DNA of 43,916 nt from a virus. Lineage: Duplodnaviria; Caudoviricetes. The stretch's first letter is position 1; each line of letters starts with the position of its first letter. Positions 17,753 through 25,412 of this stretch are shown piece by piece. A model generated the notes under the pieces. It did no database searches. It worked only from the letters and a program-made list of their open reading frames with translations, and was not told the origin of the DNA. Both the position numbers and the translations under genes were made by a program. Location: positions 1 to 43,916 of IMG/VR virus record IMGVR_UViG_3300044695_006301; one strand, 5' to 3'.

Positions 17753-19635
17753 TGTAAATCGAATTGAATTTTATCTTTGCTATTATGAATGTAGCAAATA
17801 TTTTTTTGAGTTGTTGTCGTCGGCATGAATGCCAAATCAAAATATCCTTTATGATTACCAGCTCCTTCTAAAATAAATGAATTTTCCAACATTTCAGAAT
17901 ATAAGATGCATTTATGAACAAAAAGGCTGTCCTCAATCAATGGAAAATATTCTTGCCGTGTGGCGAAGTAAATATTATAATTGGGATATTGTTTGTGAAG
18001 GTTCTCCATGAGACCGTTCAACAAAAGAACGTCCGATTCTCCTCCTTGCGCTAGAACACAGATGCGTCTACCTTCATCATCTTTGTCTAAGACACTTTCG
18101 AATTCAATTGGTTTTTGTTGCTGTTGCAAACATACTTGGCGGAAATGATTGTGCATTTGCTCGCGATTGATTTCTTGTTGCAATTTACTTTTCCATATTT
18201 TGAATGAGCTGTGATTTTCATCTACCGCTTCTCCAAGCATTTCTGCGTGGAGAGAAATAATAAAGTCTTTTTCATTCGCTTGAAAGTCTGGCTGGTATTC
18301 AACATTAAATCGTGAAGGGGGATTATCAAAGTCATAATTAACTTCTGGCATTGAATCAATAATAGATTCTAACTCTCCGCCGATTGCTTCTATCGAACAT
18401 TCATCTATTACAAACTGGCGAGCCTTAATTCCGATTGCTGCACGTTCAATTGACGGCGTATTATAAACAGTAAGTAACTGTTCGGCGATATGATTAGGAT
18501 CAGTAGAAGCTTTGATGAATTGGGTTCCAGGCTCTCTGTATTCTGCCCAATTAAGAGGTAATCCGCCGCTTTCTTCTGTACAGTATTCTTCGCCGCAGGA
18601 ATAGTCTGTGACAAGAGTGATTAGCTCAGTAAGCTTCGCTTCTTGAACTGGGATTTCTTGACCGCCGCTTGTGAATGGGTGGCAGTACACGTCCATGAGG
18701 TTGTAGATTTCATTCAATTGATCTTCACTTACTCCATTATGAATATTCGTAGTGCTTACAGTTTTTTTGCCGCCGCATGAAGGGCAGTTGCGTTCTTGAC
18801 CAACGAACGAAGAAACAAAATAACTCTTACATTGATTACAAAAATAAGTAGTTAGAATATCTTTATCATTAATACCCTTTTCTTGGAGAAGCGTCGGAAT
18901 ATCCCATCCCTCTGACCAATGAGTGTGAAGCAGAAGTTTGGCATTGGGGACTTGCTGTTTAAATATTTTAAAACCTTCCAGCAAATTGGGAACGCTTTTT
19001 CTGAGCTGATTTCTGAACACAAAGCCGACAATAAACTCATCGGACAGATTGAACTTTTGGCGCAGTGCAGCGCGTCTATGATCGTCCATACGATAAAATT
19101 GATTGATATCTAGGCTACCATGTAGAGTTTTGATATGATCATAGCCCATTTTTTGAAATGCTTTTTCCGCAAAAGAAGACCATACATAGTAGTGTTTGAT
19201 TTTTGGCGCAGCATCAATAGCAGATTGCAGAATTGGCAAGCTATCAAGCGTAGTCCAAATCATGGAGTTCACTTTGTTCCACCATGGCTTTTCATAGAAA
19301 CCATCAAATGCCCAAATATCCTCAATACCAATATAGACATCGGGACGCACAGTATTAATAACATCGTCTATACCAAAAGCTCCATATGCAGCTTGACGTT
19401 GCTTATGTTGGTCTTGATTGACTTCTGCCATCTTTTGGACATCAGGCAAAGAGCCATAAGTAGTCCATGGAGTGCTATCCGCTTCTGGGCAATGCCTCAT
19501 TAAACCATTGGCTAATTCAAAAATCTCGTATTTGCCAGTATTAAACAAATAGCGCAAGATATTTTTTTTATGCTTGCCAAATCCTGTAAAAGCCTTACAA
19601 AAATTACTGTGTATGAGAACTTTCTTTTTAGTCAT
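17749..19635 (-). CDS. GT-B (GT4-like) glycosyltransferase with Zn-ribbon insertion
   Basis: TGFGK, RNQLRKS, YNLMDVYCHPFTSGGQEIPVQEA; CNQC...CPSC; start moved to ATG 19635. Confidence 0.85.
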   Translation of the reverse strand: MTKKKVLIHSNFCKAFTGFGKHKKNILRYLFNTGKYEIFELANGLMRHCPEADSTPWTTYGSLPDVQKMAEVNQDQHKQRQAAYGAFGIDDVINTVRPDVYIGIEDIWAFDGFYEKPWWNKVNSMIWTTLDSLPILQSAIDAAPKIKHYYVWSSFAEKAFQKMGYDHIKTLHGSLDINQFYRMDDHRRAALRQKFNLSDEFIVGFVFRNQLRKSVPNLLEGFKIFKQQVPNAKLLLHTHWSEGWDIPTLLQEKGINDKDILTTYFCNQCKSYFVSSFVGQERNCPSCGGKKTVSTTNIHNGVSEDQLNEIYNLMDVYCHPFTSGGQEIPVQEAKLTELITLVTDYSCGEEYCTEESGGLPLNWAEYREPGTQFIKASTDPNHIAEQLLTVYNTPSIERAAIGIKARQFVIDECSIEAIGGELESIIDSMPEVNYDFDNPPSRFNVEYQPDFQANEKDFIISLHAEMLGEAVDENHSSFKIWKSKLQQEINREQMHNHFRQVCLQQQQKPIEFESVLDKDDEGRRICVLAQGGESDVLLLNGLMENLHKQYPNYNIYFATRQEYFPLIEDSLFVHKCILYSEMLENSFILEGAGNHKGYFDLAFMPTTTTQKNICYIHNSKDKIQFDLQ

Positions 19636-20110
19636 CTGCGCGATTTTGCATTTGTGCGTTAGTGCGAGCTTCATAAAGTTTCTGCAAAATCATTTTACAG
19701 AATTCACGAACTGCATAAGCTTCTCCAGGCTCAATGCCAATACCAAACTTCAAAGCTGAGTTTTTAGTAATGGAAAATGAGAAAGCTTTAGTTCCATCGG
19801 TTTTCGCATAGGGTTTGAAAGAGATTGAGGTTTTATTACTTTCGTGGCTATGAAATGCTTTATATTCGCAGTAGTTTTCGATGGCATTGATAATACCACC
19901 TACTTCAAATTCATTGAGTTTAATGATGGCAGTTTTTTCAGGATTTTTTACATTCTCAGAAAATGAACCATTTTTGGTTTTTTCATCCCACGAATGCTGC
20001 ATAATAGCGTTAACATAGAGGCATGGATCTTTGTATTTGCCAGATGTTCCAAGGCGGAAGGAGAATGCGCAACCGAGGTTTTTTGAATTGGGCTTATAAA
20101 GTTGAATCAT
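19628..20110 (-). CDS. Whirly/PC4-like ssDNA-binding protein
   Basis: Two beta-sheet/helix halves (IKLNEFEVGGII, FHS, FSFSITK, IGIEPGEAYAVREF) resemble the Whirly fold; start moved to ATG 20110. Confidence 0.55.
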   Translation of the reverse strand: MIQLYKPNSKNLGCAFSFRLGTSGKYKDPCLYVNAIMQHSWDEKTKNGSFSENVKNPEKTAIIKLNEFEVGGIINAIENYCEYKAFHSHESNKTSISFKPYAKTDGTKAFSFSITKNSALKFGIGIEPGEAYAVREFCKMILQKLYEARTNAQMQNRADD

Positions 20111-20149
20111 ACCTGATTTTAAATGGTGCGTAGAAATTTTCCACAAAAA

Positions 20150-20155
20150 GTGTAA
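20150..20155 (+). promoter_or_regulatory. GTGTAA motif
   Basis: caaaaaGTGTAAgatataatGTG; 8 nt to GTG 20164. Confidence 0.7.
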
Positions 20156-20163
20156 GATATAAT

Positions 20164-20814
20164 GTGTCCTATTTAAATCATAATATCCCTACTATTACTT
20201 GCTTATTGCGTAATGAATATCTTTTTAATCATGAAAAAGGATATGGCGAGTATACTTCGTGCGATGTTCACTCTGTAGCTTCTATTGAGAAGAGAGTTCC
20301 TCTGTTTGAGGCGTTCTTGACTAACGGAGTCAATTGGACTCGTAGACCCATTACAGCATTCTGCTGGAAGCCTTGTGATCCAGTGCCATTGGAACACGCA
20401 ATGTATTGGGATTGTTTTAGTCCTTATGTTGATGTGCAAGTGCGCACACGAATGAAGGGTCTTAGAGCTTTATTGATTACACCGCAAAACACCAAGGAAG
20501 CAGGGGAATATATGTTTACGCTTGATTGGGGTTGGGAGAACAAAAGTATCTTGGATACTAATTTTTCTGAAACGCCAGAACATAAATGCGCTCATGTATT
20601 CAAAATGGACAATGGTAACTTCTATGCTTATCCTAACAATCGAATTGTATGGCACGATAATGCGTGGGTCGATAAGCCAATTGACAAAAATCCTGGATAT
20701 AAAATTGATCTGACGACTTATAGTGTCGAAAATAAACGCACCCTATTTACTGATTATAGCTATATGACGGAATTTACAGAAAAACCACAAGAACCAAGCA
20801 ATGTCATTAAATAA
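20164..20814 (+). CDS. Conserved phage hypothetical protein
   Basis: YLNHNIP, WDCFS, EYMFTLDW, EHKCAH, NGNFYAYPNNR motifs typical of an aquatic-phage family. Confidence 0.75.
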   Translation: MSYLNHNIPTITCLLRNEYLFNHEKGYGEYTSCDVHSVASIEKRVPLFEAFLTNGVNWTRRPITAFCWKPCDPVPLEHAMYWDCFSPYVDVQVRTRMKGLRALLITPQNTKEAGEYMFTLDWGWENKSILDTNFSETPEHKCAHVFKMDNGNFYAYPNNRIVWHDNAWVDKPIDKNPGYKIDLTTYSVENKRTLFTDYSYMTEFTEKPQEPSNVIK

Positions 20815-21211
20815 AAATGAATTAATAAACCAAATACATAATGGTATATTGGTGAAGCTTGTCCCCAGTTCTATTGTTGGAGCTGGCGTGGGAATAGCTA
20901 CTCTCACAGAAATTGATAAGAACGAAATCGTTTTTGCGCCAAAAGATACCTGTTTTGTTTGCTGGGGCGAGCTTCTAGATGTCGAGGACAATATTATAAA
21001 CTATATCAAAAAAATCTGTCATCATAATGAACACGGCTTTTGGATAGACTGTTATATTAACGATATAGGTGCAGCTTACTTTGTCAATCATTCAGAAGAA
21101 CCAAACCTAATTCACGATAAAGAAAGAGATATTTACTATTCCATAAGAAAAATCCATATAGGAGAAGAGCTTACGTGTAAATATTCTCCAGACGAGATTG
21201 ATTGGGTGTAA
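20801..21211 (+). CDS. SET-domain protein (putative lysine methyltransferase)
   Basis: SSIVGAGVG, YFVNHSEEPN, RKIHIGEELTCKY. Confidence 0.9.
   Translation: MSLNKNELINQIHNGILVKLVPSSIVGAGVGIATLTEIDKNEIVFAPKDTCFVCWGELLDVEDNIINYIKKICHHNEHGFWIDCYINDIGAAYFVNHSEEPNLIHDKERDIYYSIRKIHIGEELTCKYSPDEIDWV
21206..21211 (+). promoter_or_regulatory. GTGTAA motif overlapping the SET stop codon
   Basis: GTGTAAtaatatttgATG; 9 nt to ATG 21221. Confidence 0.6.
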
Positions 21212-21220
21212 TAATATTTG

Positions 21221-21556
21221 ATGAGTGCTGCATATACTGGAATAACTATTGAACAAAGATCCTGCTACGATTTAACGCTTACTATACAGCAAAGCACTGG
21301 TATTTATAATTTAAGCGGAGTTACTCTCACTGGTCAAATTCGCAGAGAATTCGATGACGCTCTACAAGCGGTTCTCACTACAGAAATCATTAGTATACCA
21401 AGTGGTATTGCAAAAATTAGCTTAAACGGAACTCAAACACAAAATCTTGATCTGTCTCCAGCTTATTGGGATCTATATGCAGACAAGTCTGGACAATGTT
21501 CAGATAAATTAATGTATGGTCCCGTTTACATTATTAAATCTGCAACTAATCCATGA
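21221..21556 (+). CDS. Small virion structural protein (Ig-like fibre/baseplate-associated)
   Basis: ITIEQ...YNLSGVTLTGQIRR...GIAKISL...YWDL pattern; start moved to ATG 21221. Confidence 0.65.
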   Translation: MSAAYTGITIEQRSCYDLTLTIQQSTGIYNLSGVTLTGQIRREFDDALQAVLTTEIISIPSGIAKISLNGTQTQNLDLSPAYWDLYADKSGQCSDKLMYGPVYIIKSATNP

Positions 21557-21738
21557 GCGAATTTGTCATAAATGTAGTTCCAGATCCATCCATAGTTATT
21601 GATATAAGTAGTTTAGATCAGGCTGTGTCGCTGGATATAAGCCAAAATCAACCAAATTCAATAACAATTGAAGACGATGTTAACAACGTGTTGTTGAATC
21701 CAACTGTTTTCTATAATGGAATTAATATAGTTTATTGA
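21553..21738 (+). CDS. Small acidic hypothetical protein
   Basis: 61 aa; overlaps the upstream gene. Confidence 0.5.
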   Translation: MSEFVINVVPDPSIVIDISSLDQAVSLDISQNQPNSITIEDDVNNVLLNPTVFYNGINIVY

Positions 21739-22793
21739 TTCTTATTAGATCCAATAAGCGGTTCCATAATATCTCTAATCAAAAAGGTAGAATGCTGACC
21801 AAGACTAGGTATCATTGATAGCACTTCTTCATTACGTAGGAAGACGCTAACCATCTGCAATATTTTCGCAGGTCGAGAGCTTTCATACAAATATACTTCA
21901 CATAAGTAATTGAAAATCGTTTCATAAACAAACAATCGAAGCATTAAATTGAAGCAAGAGTTATATTCTTCAGTGAATTTGTCTTGATCAAAATCGGGGA
22001 AAAGAGATTTATAATCCATTGCGAACTGTTTTTGATACGCCAACGGAGTCCCCATGTTAATAAATAAATAGCACAAATCAAGCAACTGATTGCCCATATA
22101 ACCATTTTGTAGGTGCTGAAATTTAAATAGGTTATTTTTAATTAAAATATTGTCTGGGTTCAAGCTTCCGTGACAAAAATCAGAAGTCTTACAAAAACTC
22201 TGCCGCGAAAGATATTCAATTTCGTTCTTGAGAATATCAAGAATTGATCGCAAACTCTCCATATTAGAATGGCTTTTAATTGCGGCGATAGAATGTTCTG
22301 GAAGTTGATTTATATCGCAGCGAGCAAACATATCATTGATATAATGCGAAAATGTTCTATCGACAGAAACGCTGCGTAATTGATTAAAAGTATACAAGAA
22401 AGAATCGTTGTTCTCCAAGATAGAAGAAAGACCAAATTCTGTCACTGTTTCAGCAGATTCAAATGAGGTGACGATATATTGCAAAGACTCGCCATATTTT
22501 GTTTTTCCATGCTTATAAGCGACAGGAGCAAACGGAGCTAACTGTTTGAGAATATTAAATTCATGTGCAAAAAAAGAACTATCCGCATCAAAAGAATATT
22601 TAAAATAGCGAAGTTCTCCATCAACTACCGCTTTAAAACAATCGAAGTCCATTTTGGAATCTAAAAAACGGACATCTTCAACAGAAGAGAATCCAATTTT
22701 TTTGAGTAAATTCTCTACTAACAATTCGTTTTCAGCGTCTCTTCTATCTAAAGAAAATAGATATGGTCTGTCTGCGTTAGTTATAGTTTTCAC
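21732..22793 (-). CDS. APH/choline-kinase-fold protein with degenerate catalytic motifs
   Basis: YFKY...HEFNILKQL..FAP, FCHGSLNPDNILI, GNQLLDL; start moved to GTG 22793 outside the terminator. Confidence 0.7.
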   Translation of the reverse strand: MKTITNADRPYLFSLDRRDAENELLVENLLKKIGFSSVEDVRFLDSKMDFDCFKAVVDGELRYFKYSFDADSSFFAHEFNILKQLAPFAPVAYKHGKTKYGESLQYIVTSFESAETVTEFGLSSILENNDSFLYTFNQLRSVSVDRTFSHYINDMFARCDINQLPEHSIAAIKSHSNMESLRSILDILKNEIEYLSRQSFCKTSDFCHGSLNPDNILIKNNLFKFQHLQNGYMGNQLLDLCYLFINMGTPLAYQKQFAMDYKSLFPDFDQDKFTEEYNSCFNLMLRLFVYETIFNYLCEVYLYESSRPAKILQMVSVFLRNEEVLSMIPSLGQHSTFLIRDIMEPLIGSNKNQ

Positions 22794-22806
22794 TTTATAT
22801 TGTAAC

Positions 22807-22836
22807 AAAAAAACCCAGTCTTTCGACTGGGTTTTT
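22807..22836 (-). terminator. Intrinsic terminator, potentially bidirectional
   Basis: Minus strand: AAAAA-CCCAGTC-GAAA-GACTGGG-TTTTTTT; perfect stem, GNRA loop, U tract, 21 nt after the stop at 22858. Confidence 0.9.
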
Positions 22837-22857
22837 ATATATGTCAGTTTATTTTAA

Positions 22858-23079
22858 TTAGCCCACGTAAGTTCTGCTGTTCGTATAAACCGAATCAATG
22901 CTCGATTTATTGATCAGTCTATCCCGATTGTTATTGCGGTCATAAACCGACACTGTCTTTAGTGTTTCGCGACGAAACTGGGCGTTAATAACTTCTCCAC
23001 TTTTAAGATAGAGACCAAAGAAACGACCTTTTGTTTGCTTCATTGCACCGACTGCTGATGTTTTATTTTGTTTTTTCAT
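22858..23079 (-). CDS. Small basic Sm/Hfq-like protein
   Basis: LYLKSGEVINAQF...VSVYD...LINKSSIDSV parallels Hfq Sm1/Sm2; own promoter and terminator. Confidence 0.5.
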   Translation of the reverse strand: MKKQNKTSAVGAMKQTKGRFFGLYLKSGEVINAQFRRETLKTVSVYDRNNNRDRLINKSSIDSVYTNSRTYVG

Positions 23080-23088
23080 TGCGCAGAT

Positions 23089-23117
23089 ATACTAAGATAG
23101 AATTACCCTTTTGTCAA
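23089..23117 (-). promoter_or_regulatory. Sigma70-type promoter
   Basis: TTGACA-N17-TAGTAT-N9-ATG(23079). Confidence 0.75.
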
Positions 23118-25395
23118 GAACTTTTATTGTCAAATTACGACTTTTTTTACCAGAAGCGATAAATTGTGCAACTTGTGTCTGTATTTTGTTTCTAAAGATA
23201 TTTTTAATTTCGCGAGCATGCAATTTACTTGCATCATCAACGATATCAGAAATATTAATTTGGCAGTTAATTTTTATTCCTTTTTTATTTGCACGCTCCT
23301 TCAATTCGTCAAGGCATTGGTCAAAGATTTTAAAAATTGCTTCTTCATTGATTTTCTCAAACACGATTACTTCATCAATTCGCGATTTCATTTCTGGAGA
23401 TAGCGCTTTACTCACAGAAGACTCAAAAAAAGTCGTGATGTCTTCTGCGTGAGACATGAAGCCCATAGATGGCTTGCTCGCCTCCAAAGCGCCAATATTG
23501 CTAGTAAGAACGATGATTGTGCGAGAGAAGTCGATATCGCGACCATACGAGTCTTTAAGCTTGCCCTCGTCTAGAATTTGAAGCAATAAATTCAATACAG
23601 CGAAACTGCCCTTTTCAATTTCATCAAACAAAATAAGGCTATTGGGATTGTTGCGCACAAACTCTGTCAAAATGCCTCCTTCATCATAGCCGACATATCC
23701 TGCACTCGCTCCCAAGAGGCGCGATACAGAAACCGATTCTTGGTATTCGCTCATGTTGAGTTGTAGATAACTACTTTCATTGCCAAAAAATTCTTTTGCG
23801 ATTTTTTTAGCGGTATAAGTTTTTCCAACACTCGTTGGACCAACGAACAAAAAGCTAGATAGAGGTTTGTTGGGAGAGTTTAGTCCAGCCTTCGCACACG
23901 CAAGGCAATTATAGATTTTGTCAATCGCTTTATTTTGACCAAAGATTTCTTTTTTGAAATTTGAAGCTAGATCGGAGAATTTCTTGTTGATGTTGTTTTT
24001 TAATGTTTCTACATTAACTCTCGATAATTCAGAGACGACTTTCAACAAATCTTCTAGAATAACAATAGATTCAATTGCTTCGTCTGATTGATTTGCGGCA
24101 TTAAAGATTCTTATTTTTGCTTTTGCGAAAGAAAGATCAATTACATCAAATGCCTTATCAATAAATTTCTTGTGCGGCAAATAAGTTTCACACATCTCTA
24201 CTGACATTTTCAATAGTTTTTTTGGAAATTTAATTTTATGATGCTTTTCGTAAGCAACTATAGCTTTCGAAACAATGCTTTTCATTTGCTCTATATCTGG
24301 CTCTTTAATATCCAAAGCGTGGAATCTCCGTGTAAGTGCTGGATCTTTTTCAAAATATTTTTTATATTCTAAACATGTTGTTGCCCCAATGCACTTGATT
24401 TCACCGCGAGCCAAAGCTGGCTTAATTAGGTTAGCCAGATCTGGAGAACCGTCTCTACCGCTACCAGCGCCAATAATGCTATGGATTTCATCAATAAACA
24501 AGATAGCATTGGCATCAGCTTTAAGTTCTTCGATCAGTTTATGGAAACGCATTTCGAATTGACCACGATACTTGCTGCCAGCAATCAATGAACCGATGTC
24601 TAGTGAGTATATTTTTTTATTTTTTAATGGTCCACTATATTTAGGCGAAGAGATATTTTGCGCCAAACCCTCAACTACAGAAGTTTTACCAGTGCCAGCT
24701 TCTCCCAGAAGAACGCAATTGCTTTTGATTTTACAGCTTAAAATTTCTTCAAGATTACTGATTTCTTTATCTCGACCAGAAATTATGCCGAATTCAGGCT
24801 TCGTTACAACATCGTTTAACAATACGCAGAATCTGTTAATTTGAGATTGATTAAGTTGATTTTCTTCTTTTCTGACATCAGAATCATCTTCTTTTTCAGC
24901 GAAGTCAAAATCATTATCATCTCCAGCTATTTCAAGATTGTCATTTTTGAGAAATGCTTCGATACAGTTTTTAAAGTGTTCCGTGTCTATTCCATTTTCT
25001 AAAAGAAAATCGCAAAACTTTTCTGAGCTTTTCAGAACTCCCCAAATAAAATGTTCAGTTCCAATGAATAAATTTCCATGTTTGATTGCGAGCAATGTAG
25101 CATGATCGACACAATCTTCTATTTCTTTTTCAACGATAGGTTCCATGTGTATGCTCAAAAACATATCTGGATTCTTTTTGGCGAATTTATCTACAACAGT
25201 ATGAACCGTTTTATTCTTAATAGATAAGCCCCTGCTTTCTATAAATTCTAAAAAAGGTGCATTGCTATTTTCCCACAAGGAAATAAATAAGTGATAAATG
25301 TTTGTAATTTTGTGATTTTTAGATCGGGCAATGTTACTTACGCCAGTCCAAGATTCTAAAGCACTAAATGTCCAATTCTTTTTGTCGAGATCCAT
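23092..25395 (-). CDS. clpA: ClpA/ClpC-type AAA+ unfoldase
   Basis: Clp N-domain (IGTEHF), GEAGTGKT, ILFIDEIH, GPTSVGKT, ILFDEIEK, SMGF loop; no long middle domain. Confidence 0.9.
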   Translation of the reverse strand: MDLDKKNWTFSALESWTGVSNIARSKNHKITNIYHLFISLWENSNAPFLEFIESRGLSIKNKTVHTVVDKFAKKNPDMFLSIHMEPIVEKEIEDCVDHATLLAIKHGNLFIGTEHFIWGVLKSSEKFCDFLLENGIDTEHFKNCIEAFLKNDNLEIAGDDNDFDFAEKEDDSDVRKEENQLNQSQINRFCVLLNDVVTKPEFGIISGRDKEISNLEEILSCKIKSNCVLLGEAGTGKTSVVEGLAQNISSPKYSGPLKNKKIYSLDIGSLIAGSKYRGQFEMRFHKLIEELKADANAILFIDEIHSIIGAGSGRDGSPDLANLIKPALARGEIKCIGATTCLEYKKYFEKDPALTRRFHALDIKEPDIEQMKSIVSKAIVAYEKHHKIKFPKKLLKMSVEMCETYLPHKKFIDKAFDVIDLSFAKAKIRIFNAANQSDEAIESIVILEDLLKVVSELSRVNVETLKNNINKKFSDLASNFKKEIFGQNKAIDKIYNCLACAKAGLNSPNKPLSSFLFVGPTSVGKTYTAKKIAKEFFGNESSYLQLNMSEYQESVSVSRLLGASAGYVGYDEGGILTEFVRNNPNSLILFDEIEKGSFAVLNLLLQILDEGKLKDSYGRDIDFSRTIIVLTSNIGALEASKPSMGFMSHAEDITTFFESSVSKALSPEMKSRIDEVIVFEKINEEAIFKIFDQCLDELKERANKKGIKINCQINISDIVDDASKLHAREIKNIFRNKIQTQVAQFIASGKKSRNLTIKVLDKRVILS

Positions 25396-25404
25396 CATAT
25401 TTAA

Positions 25405-25410
25405 TTACAC
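25405..25410 (-). promoter_or_regulatory. GTGTAA motif
   Basis: GTGTAAttaaatatgATG; 9 nt to ATG 25395 (6 nt to ATG 25398). Confidence 0.65.
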
Positions 25411-25412
25411 AG

